A stretch of 63,574 nucleotides of DNA, counting the filler, from Rozella allomycis CSF55 (taxonomy: Eukaryota), in NCBI GenBank assembly GCA_000442015.1. It is 9 parts of 9 records of this genome, joined end to end, with 100 filler letters (N's around TTAATTAATTAA, not from the genome) between each part and the next. Parts side by side here need not be neighbours in the genome. Positions count along the whole stretch, not along the records: positions 1 to 28,599 come from KE560772.1; 8 more parts are not named here. One strand, given 5' to 3'. Made by a program: the position numbers and the translations under genes. Under the pieces are notes generated by a model that was not told the origin of the DNA, made no database searches, and saw only the letters and a program-made list of their open reading frames with translations. This document shows positions 1 to 10,663 of the stretch, one piece after another (the first letter of the stretch is position 1; every line of letters starts with the position of its first letter).

Positions 1-6
1 ATATTT

Positions 7-370
7 CTAAGTTGGTTCAGGGGCTCTTGAAACAATCATAGAGCCAAGGTGTTTTGCTAAGGAGACACTGATGCGTTCAATGAGGTGCTCTTTTTCTGTT
101 GAAAATGAAGGGCCGCGGCGAATGGACTTTAGCAACGCTACTTTCTGTGCCCATGAATGAAACCCCCCCCCCCAAGGCATCAAAAATAAGAGGAATAAAC
201 CCTGCACCTAACGCTGAAAGTTCTTCACTGTATTTTCTCTTTCTTTTTAATCGCAGCAAAATTAAGATGAGCTCCAATGTTTTCTGCTGCCTTTCCTAGG
301 TTGGATGAAGACAACATATACATCAAAAGCAGTAAATTCATCATTCCACCAGCAATTGTAAAATCATGAC
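7..370 (-). mobile_element. 3' fragment of a CRE/R2-type non-LTR retrotransposon (restriction-like endonuclease C-terminus), frameshifted
   Basis: Joining ORFs 77..277 and 7..207 across the G/C homopolymer at ~163-173 gives KRKYSEELSALGAGFIPLIFDALGG..H...HLIERISVSLAKHLGSMIVSR*. This matches from memory the K..KY...FIPL..E..GG....QR.SV.L pattern at the end of RLE-type LINEs. Confidence 0.6.
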
Positions 371-403
371 GTTTTTTAATTTTTGTCTATTGTTTACATT
401 TTT

Positions 404-528
404 ATCGGACGGGGAGGTACGACCGGACTCCAGGCACGATTATTGAAAATCGTGTTAACACCATTTTGACTTCAAATACAAATTCACTTTAAAGGATTTA
501 TACTGTTGACCAGGGTAGTTGTCGAATG
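404..528 (+). repeat. Diverged direct repeat, copy 1 (partner 2943-3066)
   Basis: Shared blocks GGACGGGG, ACGATTATTG, GTTAA, TCACTTTAA(A/G)GGATTTA, GTTGACCAG and GTTGTCGA in the same order in both copies. Confidence 0.8.
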
Positions 529-947
529 GTTTCTGTCTGTCTATTCTTTCATTGTACATCGTCCGATAAACAATATTCTTTTTGTTAGACTCTCCTTTGA
601 TTCAACTATTCAAGCAAATAGTCTACAAAAAGTATTTTGGCAAATGGCAATATGAATGAGAGTGAAGCCAGTACAAACCCTAACTATGGACAATGTGGTG
701 GGATCTGGAAACCCGGGCCCATGTGTGCTAACTTGCGCCAGAATCCGGATGAGCAAGCGATGACAACCTCTAGAAACAAAATGCTTTTCGTAGAGCGCAA
801 ATCGCAATTATGGAGTAAAGATGCCTATCAATTTATCAAATTGCGAAATCATACGATGCTTTGTGAAAAATAACGAACATATCTAATTTTTTAATGCGAT
901 CGAAGAGTTCAACCGCTAGTACCCTTGTGGTATCCAAGCCACTTTTC

Positions 948-1877
948 ATGGACTACAACAAACAAAAACTGGAAGCAGTGGAGCAAAAAATCGAGGCATT
1001 ACTGGACGATCATAAACTGCTTGAACTGAAGAAAAAGAAAAAGAAACGACAACTGGATGAAGATGGGGAAGCAGAACTCGAGCAGCTCTTGGAGAAGGTT
1101 GCCGAACTCAAGGACAGTGCTAAACGATGGTTTGAACTTGTGAAAATCACTACCAAGAAAGACGCAAAGATGGAAGAAGAAACCATTACGTTTGGAGATG
1201 CTACTGCAGAACAAATTCAAGCAGTCACAGGAGTCAAGTTTCCCATCCAGGATTTGGATGAGTTTCCATCGTATGAAGATGTTGTCCCATCTGATGATTT
1301 CATGGCCCAATATTTCAAGAATCGACAAGTGTGGTGTATAAACTCTGAGGCAAGTCAGAGGACTTACATTGACTTGTTTCTTCGGGATGTTGTTGCCAGG
1401 TTGGAATTTCAGCAGCGATTGAAAATCTTTTGTGAATTGAGCATGGGCGTTTCCAATGAGCAAGGAAGCAAGAAAATCAAGTTGTCTGGTAGATGTGACT
1501 ACACTATTGGTCACACAAGACCAACTGCGCTGGACTTTGGATCTCATCCGAATGATATTCATCTTTTGACAGTCGAGGCAAAAGAAGCTTGGATAAACAA
1601 AGATTGTTTACAATGCATTGCAGAGATGGCAACTGTGTACAAATCAAGAAAAGATGCTGGAAAGGAAAATTGTACTGTTTGGGGAATTTGGACCAATGCA
1701 TACTCATGGCAGTTCTTCTTAATTGACAATGATGGACAGGTTTATCGAACGGTCATGTACGTACTACAAAAGGACGATGATATTAAGAAGATTTATCGCT
1801 TCGTGTATCATTGCGTGAAACAAGCGTACAATGCATCTCCCACTGAAAGTTGTGCCCCCACGCCTGTTATTGTCTAA
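948..1877 (+). CDS. Crinkler-type protein: N-terminal coiled coil plus PD-(D/E)xK restriction-endonuclease-fold domain
   Basis: Intronless ORF (upstream ATG at 894 also possible). Motifs SEASQRTYIDLFL, LSGRCDYTIG, LLTVEAKE, QCIAEM and VWGIWTNAYSWQFFLID are typical of eukaryotic CR-REase domains. Confidence 0.7.
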   Translation: MDYNKQKLEAVEQKIEALLDDHKLLELKKKKKKRQLDEDGEAELEQLLEKVAELKDSAKRWFELVKITTKKDAKMEEETITFGDATAEQIQAVTGVKFPIQDLDEFPSYEDVVPSDDFMAQYFKNRQVWCINSEASQRTYIDLFLRDVVARLEFQQRLKIFCELSMGVSNEQGSKKIKLSGRCDYTIGHTRPTALDFGSHPNDIHLLTVEAKEAWINKDCLQCIAEMATVYKSRKDAGKENCTVWGIWTNAYSWQFFLIDNDGQVYRTVMYVLQKDDDIKKIYRFVYHCVKQAYNASPTESCAPTPVIV

Positions 1878-2124
1878 ATAAAAAAAATGCTGATGCCAAC
1901 ATTTAGCATTAAGCCTATCGAACGCGATTAATCAAGATGATCAATTGATTCATGACGCATTTGCTTTTATTCGTATAGCATCCATTTCCAATCGTTGTTT
2001 CATGGCCTTAGCAGTTACTTTTTCGTAATCAAATAAAATCAGGTTGCATTATGTTTGTATTTACAATTAGAAAATAAAAACATTACAATTATTGAGGCGT
2101 ACTTTTATTTAGGACGCGGCCGCA

Positions 2125-2840
2125 CTACGCAAACTTACGCACAACGTAGCCCTTATCGAATTCCAATAAGACATCGAAGCAAACAAATATATGAGCTGAT
2201 GAACCATCCGTATAGTCAATTGGCATGGTGTGGATGCTCATCATTAACTTGACCTCAGAAATTGTGTAGGAAGCAAGAGCAGCAGACCAGCAGTAGCGAA
2301 GACGCACAAATCTTGGGCATTTGACATATCTATTTCAAATGTAATTTTTCCACCAAGGAGATGCAAGGAACCAATTTGTTCATCCCTAGCATGCCAGTCC
2401 GCAAGTGTAACTGTAGACGGAGAGTATAGATTCTTGAAGATTGTGACCACGCCGTCAATTCAGTCGTTCCGTCGACTCCTTCATTCCAATAACTTGATTT
2501 ATCACCCGCAGCTGCCAATTGCTCCTCGCTCGCAGTCTCATTAAGGATTGTATGGAGCTCATTGTAATTTTGAATGTAATCAATTTGATTGCCGCCAATG
2601 GACACTCGTACTGCTGAAAATAAATTCCAATTTCCTTTACGAAATCGCCTAGTAGCGTCTGTTGGAGTCGGGTCCGGCACAACAGGCAAGACATATCGGA
2701 ATGCACGCAAGGCGGTACAGCGATTGAATCTTATAGGCTGTAGTGTAGACGAGTTCATGAAACGGTTTCGTACGTATTTAGATGGCATGAACTTGGCGGC
2801 AAAGGTGGTTGGGAATTTGAGCATAGAATCCAAAAATCAT
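2125..2840 (-). pseudogene. Degraded double-jelly-roll major capsid protein gene of Polinton-like virus/virophage type
   Basis: Three overlapping minus-strand ORFs join by single-base frameshifts into NLFSAVRVSIGGNQIDYIQNYNELHTILNE...TGMLGMNKLVP(L)HLLGGKITFEIDMSN...ASYTISEVKLMMSIHTMPIDY//AHIFVCFDVLLEFDKGYVVRKFA*. Motif recognition only, no search run. Confidence 0.72.
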
Positions 2841-2942
2841 CAAAGCAGAAGCGCGTACGGTCCTTCGATAACATTATAGTCTCTCCAAAAGTGATAATTT
2901 CAGCAAGAACGTTTGAAGCGGACTATTATTATAACAATTTAT

Positions 2943-3066
2943 TGGACGGGGTCGGTGAGTATACGACTTCAGAAACGATTATTGGCAAGTTGAGTTAATA
3001 CCGTTTTCACCTCGAATGCACACTCACTTTAAGGGATTTACATCGTTGACCAGTGGGGTTGTCGAG
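2943..3066 (+). repeat. Diverged direct repeat, copy 2 (partner 404-528)
   Basis: Same conserved blocks as copy 1. Confidence 0.8.
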
Positions 3067-3489
3067 TTTTTGCTTTGCATTGAAAGAAATAATGTTGCTC
3101 AATTAAAATCAGTGATAAATCATTACAACTAAGAAATTGAAAATAGGAAATGGAAAAAATTAGTTACTTCTATTGGTCACAAGTACTTTTCAATCAATCT
3201 ATTTCCAATACTAAAACGGATCCAAAAACACAAACTTGACATCACTACAAATATGTCCTGAACTGCTAGAAATACCCATGCCAAAGAGATGCAGAGGAAG
3301 AGTTTGTACAGATCAAAACCGAGGATTTAAAGAAAAATTTTATAAGTTTGTTCAAGAGAACCAGCTTGAATTTGAAGACTACTATTCTTTCACCAAAGAA
3401 GAGTCCTATTGGCGTTTTTACAATAAGCTACATCCAGCGGTAACAATCAAAGATTGAATAGTAAGTAACTAGGTACTATAAAAGAAGCG

Positions 3490-3759
3490 ATGAATGTTGA
3501 TTTTAAGCCCACGAACTACTTGGTTAAGAAAAAGACGTTTAAAATTTTGCGTTTTTCAGATAAAGAGATAATGATAGTATCTCATAACATATGCGGCACA
3601 GTTTCTTCTTTGCATAAATGGATTACGTTGAGTTTTCCTGATGTAAAGGTTGACAGAATTTTCGGGGTTGGAGAGAATGGGGAATTCAAAGAGTTGAATG
3701 ATGAAAATATCTCTAATTTTCAAAAGTATTTTGTTAACTTGGAAGGATTTGACAAGTAG
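3490..3759 (+). CDS. Small hypothetical protein (89 aa) with an inverted, frameshifted paralog immediately downstream
   Basis: ATG-started ORF. The minus-strand ORFs 3720..3944 and 3944..4225 encode near-identical peptides (KPTN.LVKKKTF, LHKWITLSFPD.KVDRIFGVG). Confidence 0.45.
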   Translation: MNVDFKPTNYLVKKKTFKILRFSDKEIMIVSHNICGTVSSLHKWITLSFPDVKVDRIFGVGENGEFKELNDENISNFQKYFVNLEGFDK

Positions 3760-4009
3760 AGTTGATCGGAATCTGGGATTAGTTTGATCGGCTGGACTGA
3801 CACTCTGCTCGTCAAAAACTTTCCTTTGAATTCCCGATTCCCTCCAACTCCGAAAATTCTATCAACCTTTATATCAGGAAAACTCAACGTAATCCATTTA
3901 TGCAATAAATTAACTGAGCCGCAAATAGTAGGTGATACTAGCATTATCTCTTTATCGCTAAATCGAAAATTCTAAACGTCTTTTTCTTAACCAAGCAGTT
4001 CGTGGGCTT
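3505..4009. repeat. Long inverted repeat: arms 3505-3691 and 3824-4009, spacer ~130 bp
   Basis: AAGCCCACGAAC...GAATTCAAAG on + is mirrored by CTTTGAATTC...GTTCGTGGGCTT with scattered substitutions. Confidence 0.9.
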
Positions 4010-5094
4010 TGGGTTAGCTCTTCTTATATGGTGAGAATATGCTTTGAAGGTAGACTCTATCAGATGCAGATGACTCGATAAGGTTTTCTTTACATTAATC
4101 ACTAAATCGTAAAATTCTAAACATCTTAATCTTATTTTTGTCGTTTTTCTTTTTCTCTGGAATAACTTCGAGTCCATGCACCTAAAAACAATTGGTCTTA
4201 TGCGAAAGTTTATGACTACTGGCACTCTTGATATGGATGTGAAGATGGAGTATGATTGGGAGGAAGGGAGGCGTTTTGATTTTGTGGATTTTTGTGGGGA
4301 GATTGTGTTTGAAGTTTGTGGAGTGGGAGGGGCTAGAGTATTTCAGTCGGGTGATGGTGAGAATGGTTTAACATTTGATGATTGTTTAGTTGGTAACAAA
4401 TTAACAATAGTCTTTGATGAAGTACACGGAACGTATTTTAAAGTGTTCACCTTATGGAGGATCAACAAATTAGAAATAGAGATTTAAGTTGGACAATATG
4501 CAGTTCAGGCATCAAGACAAATTGACAATAATGATAAATCTAAAATAAGGGTTCTTGACATTACTTTATTTAATTCCGTAAAGATTTCAAAGGAATGCCA
4601 ACGTTTTCCTTAGCACATTGAAAATATGATAGTGGCTTGTAGAACAGGCAGAACATTAGACGCACTTGCTTGAAGGGCTTGATTTATTAGCCGAAAAGTA
4701 TTATGATTCTGAAAAAGAGAGGTATTGAATACTACCATGACACTTTACATAACAAAGAGCCTCAAAAATTGGAATAAGAAAGACTATCCGAGTTTATGAG
4801 AATTTTCAAAGGCTTTTTCGCGAGGCTTCAGTCTAATGCAGTCGAGACAAAAAAGGTCTTAGAATCTTTGAATTTCCAGATAGCCAATCTTGATAATAGA
4901 TCCCAAATATATCATTTTGTTAGTATTCGTTCTCGACTGAAATTCTCTTTTGGGAGTAGTCTGCCATTTGATTCAATGATTCATCATCTTCTTTAGTCAC
5001 ATAATTTAATTAGTGGATAGGCCATGAGCGCCATGCAAAATAATGTTTATTGTTTCATTTTAATGTAATAAATGAAGGACGTAACTTTATTGTT

Positions 5095-7142
5095 TTATTT
5101 ATCGATTCTTTCGCAATAAGCCCTGGGAAATTCGCCCACTTTTCCCGTTCTTTTGTTCAAGCCAAAATACCATGAGCCATCGGGGTCGTTATCTACTCTT
5201 TCCTGGAGCACTGAAATAATATCACCTTCTAAAAAGGTAATTTCATCGCCGTTTTGTTTATCGTACGAATACAATCCGCGGACTTCAAAGTCAGCTCCGT
5301 CAAGGATTAACATTTGAACATAGTCTTTCGGGAAAAATCCGGACTTTCTTGTGCGGTAGTTTTCTCCTTTCCACCCAATTCAGTATCCTCAATCACGTTG
5401 ACGAGAAAATCACCCTCTTCGAGATCTATTTCATCAGCGTCATTAGCCGAATATTTAAATAAAGCTTTACATTTTTTAATTGTATCGAGTATTTCGCTTT
5501 TAGTGTTTGTGTTTGAATTTTTCAAGTGCAGAGCCAATTCGTCCTCATTTAATTGAATCGCAAAGATGGTCGGAAAGTCTCCAATTCGACCAGTTCGTAA
5601 ATTTTCACCATTCCACCATTCTTCATCTTGTGCCGACCTAACCTTGATTATATCTCCTGCTTTCAGCGGTAATTCAGAATCATCTGATACATCGTAGTCA
5701 TACAAAGCGCGCACTTTTAATTTCCTAAATTTTGAATTACCATATATCTCGACATTATTTAGTGCCATTTTATTCTCACCGACACCAGAGGGTACTTTTG
5801 GTATTTCCTGGTGAGATTCAGGGTTTACTACTACAGCAACAAATACTAACCTACTTCCATGGCTATGTAAAAGCTCAAAACATGAATTCATCCGATTGAG
5901 GATAGGTGTCATATATAGCCTTTTAAGAATCATTCCAAAATAATCCTACTGTAATCAAGTAAAATAAAGTACGCTTTTGATGTTTGAAGGATCGCCAAAG
6001 GACGGATTTTTAGAATATGATTCAATTAATACCTGTAATCCAGCAATTTCTTTGTCCAATTTTTGACAGTCTTTCAATAGCTCTTCCTTGTTTGTTATTA
6101 TGATTTGCATCTTATTAGATAGTGCAGATCTAGTAGCTTCATTAACGCTTATTGAAACCTTTTACAGAGCCTAATTTTGATTACCTCGGAACCAGTGATT
6201 TGAAGTGCCGGCATTTTTACGCGGGATTTATTAATACGGGATTGCTGTCTAAAATTTAATTGATCTTCTGTAGGATTTAATTGTTCAAGTGCATGCAAAA
6301 ATTGTTTGCTTTGAGCGTCATACTTCTCGCTCAAGGTAATTTGTGTTTTGAATATTTCGCCTACACATTCTTTCATTGTTTTAAATATATCGCCGTCGAT
6401 AAGCTACGTGCAGCAGAAATACTATAATTACAGATACAACTTCGGGGACAAAACAGTCCAAGTAGTGATTATAACTTTCTGAGAGCGACGAATTTGTTAA
6501 TATGTAATCATTTTTTACAAGGTGAGTATTATCTATTGATGAGAGCCATTTCTGTTTTAACTACATGAAATAATAAGGGCTTGAATACATTTTCTAGTTT
6601 TGTGGCTACATCAATTCTATCAAAAAATCCGGTTTTGGGGTTGTTACTTAGATCTTCGTATTTCTCTCGGCTTGTTTCTCTTATTTTAACCGATGCTAAG
6701 TAGAGTTTTTCGGCCTATTCATGAATTGATTCAAGCTTACTCGATCTTTTTCCTGCTGTGCCTTCATGAACTCCTCGTTGTATGCAACAATTACATCGAA
6801 CACTCTCTTTGCAGTCGCTTGTTTCTCTTTTATGGATTCTTTAAACATAGGGAACTTTTTAGCACAGTTCTCCGTGCGCTCAATATTGGCTTTGGCCTTC
6901 TCTAGTTCCCCGTCAAGGATTAACTGAATAAAATTATTTAGCATAGAATTCTTTTTCTTTGTGTTTGTATTAATACAGATTTTCTCCAGAGATCTGTAAT
7001 ATTCGTTCTCTAATTCTAACTTTCTTTTAAAAAATTCGCGTATTTGCTCGTAAGTGTAAAGATCGTCTTCATTTCTTAATGTTAACATATTATTTAAAGA
7101 CGATAATATTGTTTTCAACTCTTTCGCTTCAGTACTGGTCAT
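5095..7142 (-). CDS. F-BAR domain protein with three C-terminal SH3 domains (multi-exon)
   Basis: FCH-like segment FFKRKLELENEYYRSLEKI, then three SH3 repeats (VRALYDY..WWNGE..GDFP; CKALFKY..WKGE..GFFPKDYV; VRGLYSY..WYFG..GEFPRAY). Several short GT-AG introns and one apparent 1-nt frameshift at ~5373. Confidence 0.85.
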
Positions 7143-7264
7143 TACAAAAACAATAACAATGAAAAAAACCTAATCAAAGTTAATTGACATAGAAATACTA
7201 ATAGATAACCTAAAATAGTAAAATTAGTTCAAATGAAGCGAAACACGAACCTATTTTATTTTGC

Positions 7265-8046
7265 CTAATTTCTTCTTGGTGATTTCACTGGAGATCTAAT
7301 AATTGGATCGTAATGAACAACGGGATCAACTGAATGAAGTTTTCTTTTTTGGCCAATCAAGTCTACGGGACGAGGTACCTTTTTGGTTTTCTTAGGGGAA
7401 GGGAGTCTTTTCAAATCGCGCTTTTGTTTAAGCAAATCTTCAGATTTTATTTTATGAAGGGGATGGATGGATTTAAGGGCATCTTTTTTCTTCTTCAATT
7501 CACTAGGACTGAAAGGTACCGATCTTTTCCCTTTGGTTGGAGACTTAGGACGCTTTTCGTTCTCGGCAATACTCTTTGATGCCTTTCTTTTCTTAGATGA
7601 TAATCTTTGCTTAATTTTGGCGTCAGTCCAATGTTTCCATGACAACAAGCCCTTTTCAACGCTCTCCTTTTCAGTCGTTGCAATATAATGCATAAAGTTG
7701 AGCCATGCTTTAAAGAAAGTCTTTCTCAAAACTGGATATAACACTGTCTCGCCGCTCTTATGCAACTTTTTTTTCTTGGTAGCAACTAATGTTTCTATTT
7801 GCTTTAACAAATGATCGACATCTTTCACATCCGAAACTATAAAAGTAGGATAAAAGTAACCTTACCAGATTTGACTCCCAATTCTCTCAAATAAGAGAGA
7901 TAATCTGCTGGAATGTCAGGAAAGTCTTCAAAGATTTTATAGTACGGGTTGGATTTGCTAATTGACAGCTTCTTAGCTGGAGGATTATCATTGGAAGCAT
8001 CGCTTGAACTAGAGTTTCTTTTTTGGCGAAGATTGTATGATGGCAT
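7265..8046 (-). CDS. Lys-rich basic hypothetical protein (2 exons)
   Basis: ORFs 7837..8088 and 7265..7828 are joined in frame by a short GTAAG...ATAG intron at ~7837-7865. ATG at 8046. Confidence 0.6.
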
Positions 8047-8089
8047 TATCTCGGGATTTTGTTTACGTATTACCCTGGCGACAAACAAT

Positions 8090-9681
8090 ATGACTGGAGA
8101 AATTGAATCACCTGCACAGTTAAGCTATGCAGAAGCAGGCGAAGTAATTGAATATTTATCCACATTGGATTTGAGTGCATTTGGGAGTTTACCGTAAATT
8201 ATCCAAGTTAAACATATTGTAGCTGGTTGGAGAGACATGAGAATTTTGTGAAACTAAATATACAGGTACAAAAACAATTATCGAGCTTAATTCAAGGCTC
8301 ATCTGAATATTGCTAATAATCGTGATGAATATATTGCTGAATTAGTTTGTAAATCAGAAAAAGTAATACCAAATATTTTTGCGACAAAGTCCCATTTATT
8401 TTTGAACGAATTGTTGTTAAGTGAATGCTGGTCAAAAAGAGTGTTTCCAGAAATTGTTAAATCTGCAGACGAAAGAAACAGTGTCATTATATATTTTTCT
8501 GTATGAGCTTTTGAGAAAATATAGAGATAGCTATATCATGAAGCTACACTTGCCAATTTGTTTGATGTTTTCTGCGTGGAAAGTTCTTTTATTAGTAGTT
8601 TGGGAAATCATGTACTGGACTTAATAGACTATTGTCAAAGGTGCTTAAATAGATTAATAACAAAGTAAAAGTAAAAAAGAATTAAGATAGTGAATATAAT
8701 ATCTCAGAAATTCAAGCAATAGACTCTGCGAAAGGATCTCTCATTAATGTATAAAAATTTGACATTAATATTCAAGGAATCATACAACCAAAGCAAAGAA
8801 TTAGAATTTTCAATATCAATTTTTTCATTGTCTATACTTCGTTATCTAACAGACCATTTAGATATTTTGCCCATTAATTCTATTAGTCGATTAATTGACA
8901 CTCATGGTAAATGTAGATTGTTATCATTACAAAGATATAATCCAATCGTTGGTTTGCTTATTGAAACACGCACCTTGGATAAAGAAAGATAATTTAATAC
9001 CAGATAAGATCAAAGTCTTTGAAGACGGTCAATGGAGTTGGGTAGGGATTCCAGATTATGAAAAAGTTTCCAAAGCTGAAGCGCAAGTTTGGTTAACTCT
9101 GCTTAATATTGTAATAAACAAAGATTGTAGAAGAAAATACGAGGTGGATTATTATAGGAAAGAAACTCTTCTCCAAGTACGATCATTCCAGTATTTTTAG
9201 AAGATACGTCCACTTATGGAAAGAAAGAGTCTCTTAGATCAGATTCCAGTGCTTGAACATTTGCAGCGGGCTTTAGACGAAATCGCCATAATGAATGTCA
9301 ATGTTATTCCTTCCAATCAAGCGTTCATGATAAAGGAAATCTCTGAAACTGAATCATTCATTGACCACTATTGGACAAACAATTGCAAGACATTACTCAA
9401 ACAACAAATACAAGTATTTTCTGTTTACAATCATGAAAAACATGTCGAGATATCTAATAAGTAATTTATATCTTGATGTTTAATAATGATTTTCGCAAAT
9501 CTTTGATATTAACAAATTGGATCCAATTATTGCTCCACCGAAATGCTCAAAATGTGGAATGGCTGCTGAGAAGAGATGTTCACGTTGCAAGACAAGCTGG
9601 TATTGCAGTAGACAATGCCAAGTCTCACACTGGAATATGCATAAGAAACTTTGCGATTCAATAATCTCAACAATAAATTAA
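8090..9681 (+). CDS. ZMYND10: Zinc finger MYND domain protein 10 (BLU), axonemal dynein assembly factor
   Basis: WLERHENFVKLNIQAH, LYHEATLANL, KAEAQVWLTL and LLDQIPVLEHLQRAL motifs; C-terminal MYND finger CSKC...RCSRCKTSWYCSRQCQVSHWNMHKKLC; ~9 tiny introns. Confidence 0.92.
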
Positions 9682-9723
9682 TTCAGTATCATTCGATTTC
9701 GAAATTTCCATAAAACAAAATCA

Positions 9724-10029
9724 ATGTTGTATCGACTTATTGTCTTCAGAAACCCCCTAATTTCAATGTTTAATGCTATTCAGAAAAAAAACTTTTCGTT
9801 ACTTACCAATAGACTTTTAAAGCCAGCTCATTCGATAGGCAAAGTGCCATTTCTAGTCAACACCCAAATCCGACTCTTTCAGTGTCGAACATCAGTCAAG
9901 CGTGTTTGCATTCATTGTTATTTGACTAGACGCAAGGGAAGGTTATATAATTACTGTAAAGTGTATCCCAAGCACAAGCAAAAGCAGGGCAAGGGTGTAA
10001 AGGACCGCAGACAAAGGACAGGCTTTTAA
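9724..10029 (+). CDS. MRPL36: Mitochondrial ribosomal protein bL36m
   Basis: Basic presequence followed by [38 protein letters not shown] (L36 zinc ribbon). Confidence 0.9.
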   Translation: MLYRLIVFRNPLISMFNAIQKKNFSLLTNRLLKPAHSIGKVPFLVNTQIRLFQCRTSVKRVCIHCYLTRRKGRLYNYCKVYPKHKQKQGKGVKDRRQRTGF

Positions 10030-10098
10030 ATTATACATAACGAGAAATAAAAACTTCCAGAAACGTGTTTGCTTTATTATGACAATAGCTAAATTTGT

Positions 10099-10508
10099 CT
10101 ATTTGACTTCATCTTCTTCCAGCAGCATATTAGGAATCCCATCTTTGATTGGATAAACATGCCCACAATTTTTACAAACCATTTCACCATCTATTATCTC
10201 TTTTTGCATCAAGATTCCATGCAGCAGCTTCAGTTCATCTTCAGTATAGCTTTCAATCTCCTTGTTCAAGTCGAACGGAATTTCTTCCATGATGTTTAAC
10301 TATAAAAAAATAATAAAGCGAATACTTGATTCATTGCGGCTTTAAGGGCATCAAAATCTAATCTGGGGATCATTCTTTCTATAAACTGTGGATGAAATTC
10401 AACTTCGCGGTCTTCAACGGTCATAACCTTGGCAAAATTCAAAGGAAAATTGTTTGTAGTGCATTTTTTAACATGGCACTGTAAAAGATTGTGTGTTAAA
10501 AGACGCAT
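10099..10508 (-). CDS. TRM112: Multifunctional methyltransferase activator Trm112
   Basis: MRLLTHNLLQCHVKKC...NFPL and CKNCGHVYPIKDGIPNMLL; one short GT-AG intron. Confidence 0.95.
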
Positions 10509-10663
10509 AAAAAAACGAGTGGCTGGGATATTAAGAAACCGGATGAATGGATAAAGAGCTAGTTTATATTGAATGCCAAAGTTTAACGAATCGGGTTTAA
10601 TGCAAGTCAAAAAATGGTAAATGAAATTGAAATTTTCGTATTGGAGAGTGTGACGTAATCGAA

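Noticed and set aside
5365-5380. Frameshift in the second SH3 domain suggesting programmed frameshifting
   Set aside because: A single missing base in a short G run with no slippery heptamer; a homopolymer under-call is simpler.
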